A DNA stretch of 64,000 bases from a virus. Taxonomy: Duplodnaviria > Caudoviricetes. The position numbers were made by a program, and so were the translations under genes. A model generated the notes under the pieces. The model had not been told where the DNA came from, made no database searches, and was given only the letters and a program-made list of their open reading frames with translations. Positions 1 to 9,829 of the stretch are shown one piece after another; position 1 is the first letter of the stretch; every line of letters begins with the position of its first letter. The stretch is from the IMG/VR virus record IMGVR_UViG_3300037067_016777, positions 128,001 to 192,000 of that record; one strand, given 5' to 3'.

Positions 1-1257
1 ATATTTCAGCATTTGGGCTATTGTTCCTTCTTTAACTATCCTATTTAATAGCCCCGGCACAACCATCGCTGTTGCGGCGACATAACCTATAGCGTTATCG
101 AGATTCTCGAATAACCAGTATTTTTCAAATTGTGGCCAGCGTTTCTTCGTGGTTTCTGCTAGACGTACAGCAGCTTCGCTGTCATGTGTGTCCGCGATGG
201 TGTTTATTAGTGCGTTTGGGATTTCCTCGCGATCTCCAACTCTATCGATCAATGATTTTAGTGCTTGGTCTATTGCCTGTGGATGGACTGATCGTATTGT
301 ATCTAAAAATTCTTTGACAAAAGGTATCTCATCACCGAACTTCGATATGTAGTGGGAACAATGATGAATGCTAGCAGAAACTGATCCTTTTGCTGAAGAT
401 CTATTGTCGTCTGGTTCGGCTGTTTTCAATTCGCTGAGTAGTGCTTTTTCAGCTTCTAGGTCTGGTATGCCCAACAGCGCAGAGTAATTTGATCGAACAT
501 CAATTAGATTTAGACTTGTGCCTTGTATTTTCCCTGATAATATATCGGGGTCTGGAGCCATCAATTTTGCCAATTCTTTTGGTGGTATAAAGCGTGATGT
601 TGACCTGGCTGGCTGGATCTCCTTATAGTTTGGAGTATATTGTACAAATTGTTTACCATCTTTGAAGATAGTATAGATAGCACCAAATCTCTTCAAATAA
701 GAAGGCGCTAGAGATTGAGTACCATAACTCTTTCTGGTACACCAGATACTTCCTTCACCAATTTCAGCAAGCGATTCTGCATTAGTAGATCTCAAGATAA
801 CATAAGGCCCACCCCTCGCATAAATCTCAACTCCGGGCATTTTTGATGGGTCGAATCCAAGACCGCCTTGTCGCTTACTTTCCACTTCACCAAGCTGGTC
901 AAGCATATCTCTAGCGCTATCGACAGTATGTTTATTAAGATCTGGTTCTGGTAGCCTTCCCACTCTTTTCTGCTCTATAAACCGTCTCAATAATTCATTT
1001 ATGGCGTGTGCGTCATCCGGTAGAATTATCGCCTTATTCCCGACCTGTTTTAATATCCAACCAACACTCTTCTTTTTGGGGTCCGGATCAGTCTCTATAG
1101 TTTGTTGTAATAATTGTTTAGCAAGATCTTCATAATCTAAGTTTGGATAATTGTCGTGTACCTTTTTAGCAATATTGACTGCATTCTTACTGAACTTAGC
1201 GATTGCATTGGCAACAGGATCGAGCGCTTCTAATAGATATAAATTACTAAGTAGCAT
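1..1257 (-). CDS. Hypothetical phage protein, partial (runs off window start), possibly head-associated
   Basis: Not in ORF track (no stop in window). Manual translation from ATG 1257 gives MLLSNLYLLEALDPVANAIAK...GSIWCTRKSYG..., with no stop found in the stretches I translated. Confidence 0.8.
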   Translation of the reverse strand, partial: MLLSNLYLLEALDPVANAIAKFSKNAVNIAKKVHDNYPNLDYEDLAKQLLQQTIETDPDPKKKSVGWILKQVGNKAIILPDDAHAINELLRRFIEQKRVGRLPEPDLNKHTVDSARDMLDQLGEVESKRQGGLGFDPSKMPGVEIYARGGPYVILRSTNAESLAEIGEGSIWCTRKSYGTQSLAPSYLKRFGAIYTIFKDGKQFVQYTPNYKEIQPARSTSRFIPPKELAKLMAPDPDILSGKIQGTSLNLIDVRSNYSALLGIPDLEAEKALLSELKTAEPDDNRSSAKGSVSASIHHCSHYISKFGDEIPFVKEFLDTIRSVHPQAIDQALKSLIDRVGDREEIPNALINTIADTHDSEAAVRLAETTKKRWPQFEKYWLFENLDNAIGYVAATAMVVPGLLNRIVKEGTIAQMLKY

Positions 1258-1300
1258 TATGTGCAAATCTTTTTATGGGAAATTTAATTAGGAACATCTA

Positions 1301-2656
1301 ATGGTATATTTCGACAAAGCACTATCAAGAATTCTTGAAAATACTGCATCGCCAGTAGCACCTCCGGTTAAGACCCCTGTGCGACCAAAGCAGCCGCCAG
1401 AGCGAAAGCCCTGGAATCCCCCAAGGCCAAAACAATTACCACAGCCCAAGAATCAGACAACTACTCCAACTAAGCCGAAACCCGGTACAATACCGAAGCC
1501 TAAACATCCACCAGAGCGTAAGCCTTGGAATCCCCCCAAGCCAAAACAATTACCGCAACCCAAAAATTATACTGCACCGAATCTTCTCGCACAACTTATG
1601 ACCGAAGCGTATGAGGACGAAGTAGAGCCCGGTACGCAGGAATTTTGGCGGGGGTTACGTCGTAATCGTGAGCATACACTTGGTAAGCATCCTATCTTCG
1701 CTATGTCCGGCGACGACCTGTCACGCAAGTCATGGGAGCACACTGACCAACGTACCAAGGCTTCAGGTGCCAATATGGGCAATATGATGCGTGTGGTTCA
1801 ACAAATCATGCGTATCGAAGCAACCCACGAAGATGAGCTGGTGGAACTAGCGAAGACGATTACTTGCAAGATTTGGCATATTCCTGAAGAGATGTTGAAT
1901 GGTCGCCTAACTGATGATGTCGAAGAGAACGAGGCGGATGAGGATTTGGGAGCCGAAGAGGAAGGTCCAGAAGAAATCGACGACGTGACTCGTAAGCACA
2001 TCAACAAGCGCCTGACCTTGAATGCTATGACTCATGGGTCGGCAATCCATGCCATGCTATCTCTGCACCATGCGATTGACAAAGAGATAGAGGCGATAGA
2101 CCCACGGCTGCTCAGATTATACGATCAAATAGCCTCGGGTTCGCATGGGATGTACTGGTTGATTGACATTCCGGCGATGTTTGCGAATTTGGGCGCTATG
2201 GCTGTTGGCTCTGCAAAGGTTGAATATCCTGAAGAGGAAGACGGTGAACCTATCATACAAGCTCGCGGTATCGTCTTCCCGGTATTGGCACAAGAGATGA
2301 ATAAGGGTGTCGCCGAGCTACTCAGCCACCATGGATTGGCTGACTTGGATGAGCCCACAACTAAGACCGTCTTGAAGCATGCAGACGACATCAAGCACGA
2401 GCCATATTTGATGCAGGTCGGACCAGAGATGTGGCGTAGATTCTTAAAGGTTAAACCGCGTGAAGTGTCTCTGTCTGATTTGTACGTAGCTCTATCAAAA
2501 CAAGAGCCGGATGAGCTACACAAAATAATAGCCGCAGCTGTTGAAGATCCAGAAAATGCGAAGGCTATGTTGAATGAGTTGATCTCAGAACCAAATGAAT
2601 TTGAGATCGATCGATGGACACCAGAATCCGAAGACGACGAAAGTGAAAACTGGTGA
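1301..2656 (+). CDS. Hypothetical large-phage protein with N-terminal Pro/Lys-rich repeats and acidic helical body
   Basis: 451-aa ORF; duplicated PPERKPWNPP(R/K)PKQLPQPKN; AGGA upstream. Confidence 0.85.
   Translation: MVYFDKALSRILENTASPVAPPVKTPVRPKQPPERKPWNPPRPKQLPQPKNQTTTPTKPKPGTIPKPKHPPERKPWNPPKPKQLPQPKNYTAPNLLAQLMTEAYEDEVEPGTQEFWRGLRRNREHTLGKHPIFAMSGDDLSRKSWEHTDQRTKASGANMGNMMRVVQQIMRIEATHEDELVELAKTITCKIWHIPEEMLNGRLTDDVEENEADEDLGAEEEGPEEIDDVTRKHINKRLTLNAMTHGSAIHAMLSLHHAIDKEIEAIDPRLLRLYDQIASGSHGMYWLIDIPAMFANLGAMAVGSAKVEYPEEEDGEPIIQARGIVFPVLAQEMNKGVAELLSHHGLADLDEPTTKTVLKHADDIKHEPYLMQVGPEMWRRFLKVKPREVSLSDLYVALSKQEPDELHKIIAAAVEDPENAKAMLNELISEPNEFEIDRWTPESEDDESENW
1390..1570 (+). repeat. Two imperfect ~60-bp coding direct repeats
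   Basis: ccgccagagcgaaagccctggaatccccca... and ccaccagagcgtaagccttggaatcccccca... Confidence 0.8.
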
Positions 2657-2665
2657 TAACAGCTA

Positions 2666-2920
2666 CTAGTCGTTGACTATCTTTTTAATTTTTAATAATT
2701 TACTGTTTTCTATAGTTAGTCGTGCTATAGTAATATCACAATCGTGTACTTCATTTCTATAAGCATCTAACATAGCAATGACAGTTTTGGTGTTTGTAAT
2801 CTGATTAGATAGTTCACCGTGTTCATTTGAATCTTCTAAGTATAGTCTATTGAGCCACGATGCAATATCTTGCATTGCTTGTTTTGCTTTGTGTTCCGCA
2901 TCTGGCAGAATCGTTCGCAT
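2666..2920 (-). CDS. Hypothetical coiled-coil protein
   Basis: 84-aa ORF at the end of the minus-strand operon. Confidence 0.65.
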   Translation of the reverse strand: MRTILPDAEHKAKQAMQDIASWLNRLYLEDSNEHGELSNQITNTKTVIAMLDAYRNEVHDCDITIARLTIENSKLLKIKKIVND

Positions 2921-2927
2921 GTCTGAC

Positions 2928-3959
2928 TCAGCCTTTCAACAAAACTAATTTTCTATTTTGCATTTGAATAATAGTTTTATCCTTATATCTTGATCGAATA
3001 AGGTCATGCATATCTACATCTTGATACATCCAAGCATACTGCTCTTCGTTTGGCTCTGGTAATTCATAGAGCAACATATTTGATATTCTTCTAATATGAT
3101 CCAACAGTTTTTCAAATTTTTCTATTGGATTTTCTTTCGAAAAGTGGTGTAGTACAGCCAGAGCAAAAACACAATCAACGCTTTGGCTGCATTGCTCTAC
3201 GACATCAAAGAAGTTATCATTACGTGCAACAAACCCAATTTTATCAAACAATAGTTTCAACACATTATATCTAGTGCGATTGTATTCAACACCTATTGCT
3301 GAATTAAGTAGCTTTTTTATGCTATAGAGGACATGACCGTGGCAGCTACCAAGATCGAGCACTGATTTAATCTTGTGCTCTTCGACAATACCTTTAATAG
3401 CCAGTTCTTTTATATCGTTGTTGCAGTAATTCCAATCTTCGAAGTCTGGATGTGGTATAGATTGATACATTAGAGTTGGATATAACTGTCTTAAATCGTC
3501 TACGATTTTCTGCCACTTATCTTGTCGCTCGCAAATTGTAAATCGAATAGGATAACCTAAAGCAAATAGAATTGATATTCTATGCATGCCATCCCAAATA
3601 GATATACCGCCGTCATTTTCGATTTTTACACAAATGGGACCAAAGTAATGCGTGCACCCGTTTATCACACGATTCATCATTTCGTGTTCTACAAAATTAG
3701 GTGCTATTCTAAATAGACGCTTGAAATTTTCATATTGTTTTGTAATATCATACTCGTTATTTAATATTCCATTCCAAACACTACCATTAATATCTAATTC
3801 ATTCTTTAGCCATTGATAATATGGTGTCTCCACCATCGCAATATCTATATTCTCTATCCACATCTTAGCCGTTTTATAATGTGGAAATTCAAGAATTTTT
3901 AACTTTAATTCTTCGCTCCATGGATCACAACCCAAATTAACAACTTTATAATTGTCCAT
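2928..3959 (-). CDS. ParB/Srx-like N-terminal domain fused to class I SAM-dependent methyltransferase
   Basis: IWDGMHRISIL (ParB-like DGxHR); VLDLGSCHG, GVEYN, CVFALAVLHH (MTase motifs). Confidence 0.7.
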   Translation of the reverse strand: MDNYKVVNLGCDPWSEELKLKILEFPHYKTAKMWIENIDIAMVETPYYQWLKNELDINGSVWNGILNNEYDITKQYENFKRLFRIAPNFVEHEMMNRVINGCTHYFGPICVKIENDGGISIWDGMHRISILFALGYPIRFTICERQDKWQKIVDDLRQLYPTLMYQSIPHPDFEDWNYCNNDIKELAIKGIVEEHKIKSVLDLGSCHGHVLYSIKKLLNSAIGVEYNRTRYNVLKLLFDKIGFVARNDNFFDVVEQCSQSVDCVFALAVLHHFSKENPIEKFEKLLDHIRRISNMLLYELPEPNEEQYAWMYQDVDMHDLIRSRYKDKTIIQMQNRKLVLLKG

Positions 3960-4569
3960 TGCTTTCCATCGCTTTCCACTCTTCGACAGTCAAAAGATTT
4001 AAAATATCATGTCTATGTTCGTGTAAGAAATCAAAAGTAAAAGATGCACAAAATGCATCCGGCTCAAGTGGGATTGATAAACCTGGCATAAAAAGTTGTT
4101 GCTTCATAAAAGGCTTAATAATGCCTATTCCTTCATCAACATCCACAGTATAGATACTGATGTTTGGCTCTGTTATTCTATAGAAAAGAATAGCCTTCCA
4201 CACTGAGCCATTCCAGTGTGCTACTACAATTTCGTCTCTCTGATGTATCTCAAGCAGCGGGTTGCAATCATGTAATAAAATGATTCCATGTGGTGTGATA
4301 AATTTAAGAGCGTTGCGGATATCTTTAATAACTTGGACGGCCCTATGGTCGCCATCGATAAAAATAACATCATATTTTCTTTGGTTGTTAGAAAAGAAGT
4401 CGTCGGACTTCATTTTATACGTAGCACCTTGCGTACAAGGATCTACACAGAACTTATTAGCAGCTTTTATTTTAAGGAAGTTCGCTGACAGATTTCCAGT
4501 GCCGATTTCTAAATAAGCACATTCTGTGAATTTAGACGTATAAAAGTTGATAATATCTGTTCTATTCAT
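3946..4569 (-). CDS. Class I SAM-dependent methyltransferase (Methyltransf_24-like)
   Basis: YLEIGTG, YDVIFIDGDH, GIILLHDC; start MNRTDII overlaps the upstream stop (ATGA). Confidence 0.8.
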   Translation of the reverse strand: MNRTDIINFYTSKFTECAYLEIGTGNLSANFLKIKAANKFCVDPCTQGATYKMKSDDFFSNNQRKYDVIFIDGDHRAVQVIKDIRNALKFITPHGIILLHDCNPLLEIHQRDEIVVAHWNGSVWKAILFYRITEPNISIYTVDVDEGIGIIKPFMKQQLFMPGLSIPLEPDAFCASFTFDFLHEHRHDILNLLTVEEWKAMESNGQL

Positions 4570-5270
4570 TTTTCCAGTAAACTCCCCCATGAGTCGATAA
4601 TTACAATCGGATTTGTAATTTTGTTTTTTGTGCGAAATTCAGTTACAGCCGCTTTGCAAGCTGGGTGTGTATAATCGTCAATAATGATATAACCACCCTC
4701 AGACACTTTATGATATAAAGCGTTCAAAGAGTCCATAGTAGATTCATATAGATCGCCATCTAGTCTTAATATGGCCAGTTTTTCAACTAAATCAGTATCT
4801 AGAGTGTCTTTAAACCAACCTTCTAAGAAAACAACGCTTGAATCAAGTAGATCGAAAGCTTTGAAGTTCTTCTCAACTTGTTTTCTTGTTACTTTTAGCG
4901 ATTCAACTTTATAGAGAGTACTTGTCTTATCTATCGGATATTTTTCGGCATTTGGTGGAGGTACTCCTTGAAAAGAGTCAGCAACGAATACCCTGCGTTC
5001 TTCTTGGTAAGCTTTCAGCATGCCCTGCATAAAAATAGTCGACCCACCACGCCAGACTCCTGTCTCAATAAAATCCCCAACGATTTTATTTTTAATAACG
5101 TCCTCTATACAGAACTGTAGATTGTTTAATCTCTTGAAACCTATCATAGTGAAAGCTCTAGGAGGCCAATATGTTCCGTTTTCAGCAGCCTCATGCATCT
5201 TAGAATATATGCCAATATCCATCAAAGACTTCTTCAATAGATCTATATAAAGAGCCCTTAGTGTTTCCAA
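4566..5270 (-). CDS. TylF/MycF/NovP-family sugar O-methyltransferase
   Basis: TMIGFKRLNNL, GDFIETGVWRGGS, VADSFQG, GWFKDTL, LRLDGDLYEST, GGYIIIDDY. Confidence 0.92.
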   Translation of the reverse strand: METLRALYIDLLKKSLMDIGIYSKMHEAAENGTYWPPRAFTMIGFKRLNNLQFCIEDVIKNKIVGDFIETGVWRGGSTIFMQGMLKAYQEERRVFVADSFQGVPPPNAEKYPIDKTSTLYKVESLKVTRKQVEKNFKAFDLLDSSVVFLEGWFKDTLDTDLVEKLAILRLDGDLYESTMDSLNALYHKVSEGGYIIIDDYTHPACKAAVTEFRTKNKITNPIVIIDSWGSLLEK

Positions 5271-6061
5271 GTTTTAATCTCTGCAAAGATTTGACAAGTA
5301 TTTTGTAAGTTTCCTCTGAGAATACAAATCCACAAACCCGCATTATTTGTGTCAAAGACAACATGAGCACATTTGCTCATAATTGAAACTGCCGCCAAAT
5401 AGTTCAATCCAAGTGTGTAGTTGCAAACACCTACTTGTTGATGCATTACTCCGTCGTTATCTGTCATCGGCATTTCATCTATATATATCAACCGATCTCC
5501 AAGTACTTGCTGAAAATATTTCAGCGTCTGGATCTGATCAGTTTGTAGTAAAATCTTATAATCTTTGGGCAGATCTTTAGCGATATCTAAATAAAAATGA
5601 GGATGGACTCTCGGCACCTCTAGCATTTTGTCAGTACCCCTATACAGAACAGCAATGGTTTTATCTGGGGCGATTCTATATTTTGTTAAGAAATGTTGTT
5701 CTGTTTGAAGCACTTCATCTGAAAAACCGAAATAGAAGTCTCGGAAGATTGATAGATGTTGAAAATCAAATTTTCCACAATCACCTATCATACAACAAAA
5801 ATAGACATCGGGATTAGCATACCGCAACTGTTTCCCTTGATTGGCCTTGAAGTACAGTTCAAACACATTTCGGTCTTTTCTATCGTCTTTGTTCCAAACA
5901 CTCGTATAAGGCCATATTACCTGGATTGGATCTGACGTAAGTTTGTGCGTTTGTAGAAGACCATTAAAAGTTACTGAAGCGTTTGATAACAGGCCGCAAT
6001 CGTGTTTGTCTAAAATTAATTGCTTAGATTCTGGATTAAAGGTTACTCCATAAATATTCAA
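5258..6061 (-). CDS. NodZ/GT23-like (O-fucosyltransferase fold) glycosyltransferase
   Basis: AVLYRGTDK (HxRxTDK-like), ILLQTD, IMSKCAHVV...NNAG motifs. Confidence 0.6.
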   Translation of the reverse strand: MNIYGVTFNPESKQLILDKHDCGLLSNASVTFNGLLQTHKLTSDPIQVIWPYTSVWNKDDRKDRNVFELYFKANQGKQLRYANPDVYFCCMIGDCGKFDFQHLSIFRDFYFGFSDEVLQTEQHFLTKYRIAPDKTIAVLYRGTDKMLEVPRVHPHFYLDIAKDLPKDYKILLQTDQIQTLKYFQQVLGDRLIYIDEMPMTDNDGVMHQQVGVCNYTLGLNYLAAVSIMSKCAHVVFDTNNAGLWICILRGNLQNTCQIFAEIKTWKH

Positions 6062-6062
6062 T

Positions 6063-6602
6063 TTAAGTGTCCTTTTTAAAGGCTTGCATATTTAAGCTAA
6101 TTAAGGTTCCATCCTTTTTTGCCATGTGCGGTATGTATGCTTGGCTATAGTCATCAACCGAAGCGTGCTCTGTTGTTCTCCAATCATATCTGGCGATTTC
6201 TATTGCGCCAGCCTCTGATAAAACAGCAGACAATGTTTGAAGGTCAAAAGCTGTATAGTGAATATTATATAAATAATTTCCTCTGCCGAAAAGAGGCCCA
6301 ATAATTAAATTCAGGTCATGTGTTTGTTGATAAACCTTGAGTAATGCCTCTACGTCTGGCACAGATATTCTTAAAATTCCGCCTTTCTTTAGAACCCTTA
6401 ACCATTCTTTTAGAACTGGTAGGATTTGTTTCTTGTGAAAATGCTCTAATACATGACATGCGTATACAACGTCGCATGATTCGTCTTGAACCATAGGTAA
6501 GGATTCAACACTATGAATTATATCGATGTGTGGAAATTCAATCACATCAATATGGCAATATCCAGGAATGAAAGTTTTACCACAGCCTAAATGTAATTTC
6601 AT
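6063..6602 (-). CDS. Class I SAM-dependent methyltransferase (Methyltransf_11-like)
   Basis: KLHLGCG, VYACHVLEHF, EWLRVLKKGGILRISVPD. Confidence 0.88.
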   Translation of the reverse strand: MKLHLGCGKTFIPGYCHIDVIEFPHIDIIHSVESLPMVQDESCDVVYACHVLEHFHKKQILPVLKEWLRVLKKGGILRISVPDVEALLKVYQQTHDLNLIIGPLFGRGNYLYNIHYTAFDLQTLSAVLSEAGAIEIARYDWRTTEHASVDDYSQAYIPHMAKKDGTLISLNMQAFKKDT

Positions 6603-6615
6603 ATCAATTTACCTA

Positions 6616-7527
6616 CTATATAGTATTTTTACTAGCAACAAAATTGGTCAACTCGATCAGTTGTGTGTGATATGGCGACTCACAATCAAACCCGAGATCT
6701 TTACAAACATATCTAACACACGATTCAAATGTTCTCATATTAACTAATATATCACGTGCCTGTAGTATTGCAGATTGATATTTGCTTATTTCGTTGCAAG
6801 ACATGTTTTTGATATATGCCATCAATTCTGATTCAGACCAAAAATCTCGATAATTGATGTAACAATTTTCTGGAATAAATAGCGGAGTGTCTAAAGGACC
6901 AAGATAAACCAAAATACAGCCAGCAGACAAAGCATCGAACGGCTTCTCTGTAAGATGACCTAAATCTAATTGATTTTCGCAAGCAAAAGCGAATTTATAT
7001 TGAGACATAACCATCAATTTAGCAGCGTAGCTTCTAGAAGTGGGAGTATCTCCCAAAACTGGCTTGTTGTTTGCACCATAAACGTCCATTCCAAGATTTT
7101 GCAGCCTGCTAGTTGCTTGATGTCTCGGCTCTCTATTACAATTATGGTTTGTCACCACGGAGCATATTAATTTCTCTCTTTTCATTACTGTTGTAATTGG
7201 CTTGATCCATACAGGTACTGGAAAATATTTTACTGTATCGCCATCAACGTCAGTAGAGCAATTGGTATATATTCTTCCGAATTGTTGTTGGTATCTAACA
7301 CTATATCCATACGGTCTTTTATATCTTCCTTCATAATGGATTAAAACCCTCTTAGAATATTCAAACCTATTAATAACAGCCATCACCTTATTAAATTCGT
7401 CTTGTGTTACTGGCTGCCAAACTACAAGCCAATCTTCTGCTGTTGGTTTAATATCTAATGAAATATGCGTTACTTGCTGGTTATTTAGGAAACTATGCCA
7501 GCAAACGTAAGTCGATGTATAAATCAT
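6616..7527 (-). CDS. GT10 alpha-1,3/4-fucosyltransferase-like protein
   Basis: YKFAFACEN...GHLTEKPFDALSAGCILVYLG matches the GT10 alpha-1,3 motif; start refined to MIYTSTY. Confidence 0.8.
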   Translation of the reverse strand: MIYTSTYVCWHSFLNNQQVTHISLDIKPTAEDWLVVWQPVTQDEFNKVMAVINRFEYSKRVLIHYEGRYKRPYGYSVRYQQQFGRIYTNCSTDVDGDTVKYFPVPVWIKPITTVMKREKLICSVVTNHNCNREPRHQATSRLQNLGMDVYGANNKPVLGDTPTSRSYAAKLMVMSQYKFAFACENQLDLGHLTEKPFDALSAGCILVYLGPLDTPLFIPENCYINYRDFWSESELMAYIKNMSCNEISKYQSAILQARDILVNMRTFESCVRYVCKDLGFDCESPYHTQLIELTNFVASKNTI

Positions 7528-7528
7528 A

Positions 7529-8170
7529 TCATTTGCTCCACCAGAGGCGCAAATCTTCACTATAAGTATCTTCAACAATATGTCGCAATTCTGGTGTGTA
7601 ATAACAATCTGGCGGTTTATGGATACTAATATTGAGGTGCCCTAAATCTGGGAACCCATAACGCTTTTGTAATCCGGACCAAAAAACACTCACCTCGCGC
7701 ATTTCTCGTACAACTTTCGCTACACATTTTCCTTCGTATAATAGAAAATGTGACATCGGAGTTATATGAGTATCTAATATCTCATCCTTTGGTGGATTTT
7801 GAACTAAATCGCACACAGCACGACAAAACACATCAAACTGTTGCCCTACTAATCGCCGTAATTGAGGTCCTAGGCACGGCCTTGCCACTGACGTGCAACA
7901 TTTTTCTTGCCAAACTGATACAAGTCGATCAAAAGGATTTCGAATAATCGCCCATGTATACCAACTATCATCAAGCCTCGAAATCCACCTCATTGATTCA
8001 ACGTGTGGCCACTTTCGGCTATGAACCATTTCATAATGTTCAGACGGTTCTAATTTGAAGTGTTTTTCTAAAGCACAACGAATAGAACTACATGCACATT
8101 TAGGGATAGACACATGTGCCCATTTTTGTTTGTCGTCGACGATAATCAATGGTGGAAACTTCTTTGCCAT
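7529..8170 (-). CDS. Sulfotransferase family 2 (HNK-1/CHST-like)
   Basis: HVSIPKCACSSI (5'-PSB), IIRNPFDRLVSVW (3'-PB), H..P, YSEDLRL. Confidence 0.85.
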   Translation of the reverse strand: MAKKFPPLIIVDDKQKWAHVSIPKCACSSIRCALEKHFKLEPSEHYEMVHSRKWPHVESMRWISRLDDSWYTWAIIRNPFDRLVSVWQEKCCTSVARPCLGPQLRRLVGQQFDVFCRAVCDLVQNPPKDEILDTHITPMSHFLLYEGKCVAKVVREMREVSVFWSGLQKRYGFPDLGHLNISIHKPPDCYYTPELRHIVEDTYSEDLRLWWSK

Positions 8171-8173
8171 AAT

Positions 8174-9820
8174 TTAATCAGGTTGCCAATTGCGGAAACA
8201 TTTTTTACAGATTTCACACTGTTCGCCAGCTTTCATCTCACGAAATTTCTGGCAGTATTCATTTTGCCAAATTATATTATCTGTGATTATACCATTTTCT
8301 TTTCTTGGCGGTGATACGCTATTGCATATAGTTATTGATTTGTTTCCATTTATTCCAATCGTTTTCCATGGAAATAGACAATTTCTTCTGACTTCATCTT
8401 TGGCTATAAGCACAGGATATCGCAATATAATATCAGCATCCGGCAAAGCTTTAATGGCATCAATCGCGGTTTGATCGTCTTTTGTCAGAACTAAATCCCA
8501 AAATTTAATGTTTTCATTATCGTCGAAGTGTGGAAGAATATTGTGTAGATGCACACCTTGTACACCAAGTGATTTAGCTAATGCGATGAATTCTGCGATA
8601 TTTGATAGATTGTTTTTATTGCAGACACGAGACAGATAAGTTGGAACGCCCATATCAAGGCTAGCTCGAACGCCAGACAATGCCTGTTCGAATAAATCGC
8701 TTCCTGTAATCTGTTTATATTCAGTTGCATTTGATGCATTCAGGCTGATAGATAAATAATCTGGTAAGCATCCAGCATCTCGAAGCTGTGGTAAGCGTTC
8801 AGCTGCTAACGTCCCATTTGTGATGAGACCAACATAAAGATGTTTGCCATATGAGTGAAAGCTTTGTGCTGGTGTTTTAATATATCGCATCAGCGATACT
8901 AAGTTTTCACACATGAATGGTTCACCAAATCCACACACGCATAACGATTGTATTGTTGGAAACTTGAATAATAAATCATCAATAACACCAGACGTCATAT
9001 CTGGGAAATCTTCAAGCTCTTTGTGCTGCCGCCAGCAGAAATTGCATTTCAAATTGCATTTGTTAGTGATATATAATGTAGCTGAAATTGGTTGCTCTAG
9101 AAAACTCTGCATTTTCTGGTACTCCGATCGCTTATTGGTGAAATTCTTTTCTCCAAGTTGCAATCTATCTGTGCTAGCGATACTTGTATATGCTCCAAGC
9201 AATGCGAAGAGATTCAGCTCTGTAGGATCTCTTTTGAAAATCTCAAATAATTTTTTTGGAAGACTCTCTAGCCAAGTGTATCTAAATTCTTTGAATTTTT
9301 CCATTAAGTTTAGATATCGCTCGAAGATAAGCTCATTGCTCCATAATGGCGAATGCTTACCTACAATATCTTCCTTTAGCGTATAAGTGTATCCGTCTAT
9401 TTTCATCCTATCAAGTTGTTCAACTTCACATGACATATGACTAAGGTTGTATGGATAATTTTTGAAAATATCGAATTTATATATCTTGATACCATAGATA
9501 GCGAAATCAATATGAACGTCTCGCAGACGAAAAGCGACCATCGAACATTTAGAATCTGCACTAACAACTGCAGCATACATTTTCTCAATAGCATTAGAAT
9601 CTAATACCATATCTTCATCAACTTCAATATAATATGGTGTTTTACATCTAACTAGCATCTGTTGAAAAGCAACAGACATTGGACTATAATCTCTAATAAT
9701 ATCGATGGATGCTTTAACGGTCTGGTTCTTTAGAGCATCCAAACATAGTTGATAATTAGGATTAGCTCCGGAGCTAATAACAAATACCGTTATTACATTC
9801 GACAAATCTGGCTGGTCCAT
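8174..9820 (-). CDS. GT-A-like domain fused to radical SAM / SPASM-twitch domain
   Basis: N-terminal YYIEVDEDMVL (DxD); CNLKCNFC, GFGEPFM, ITNGTL; C-terminal CLFPW...ITIC...CEICKKC. Confidence 0.8.
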   Translation of the reverse strand: MDQPDLSNVITVFVISSGANPNYQLCLDALKNQTVKASIDIIRDYSPMSVAFQQMLVRCKTPYYIEVDEDMVLDSNAIEKMYAAVVSADSKCSMVAFRLRDVHIDFAIYGIKIYKFDIFKNYPYNLSHMSCEVEQLDRMKIDGYTYTLKEDIVGKHSPLWSNELIFERYLNLMEKFKEFRYTWLESLPKKLFEIFKRDPTELNLFALLGAYTSIASTDRLQLGEKNFTNKRSEYQKMQSFLEQPISATLYITNKCNLKCNFCWRQHKELEDFPDMTSGVIDDLLFKFPTIQSLCVCGFGEPFMCENLVSLMRYIKTPAQSFHSYGKHLYVGLITNGTLAAERLPQLRDAGCLPDYLSISLNASNATEYKQITGSDLFEQALSGVRASLDMGVPTYLSRVCNKNNLSNIAEFIALAKSLGVQGVHLHNILPHFDDNENIKFWDLVLTKDDQTAIDAIKALPDADIILRYPVLIAKDEVRRNCLFPWKTIGINGNKSITICNSVSPPRKENGIITDNIIWQNEYCQKFREMKAGEQCEICKKCFRNWQPD

Positions 9821-9829
9821 GATTGTTTC

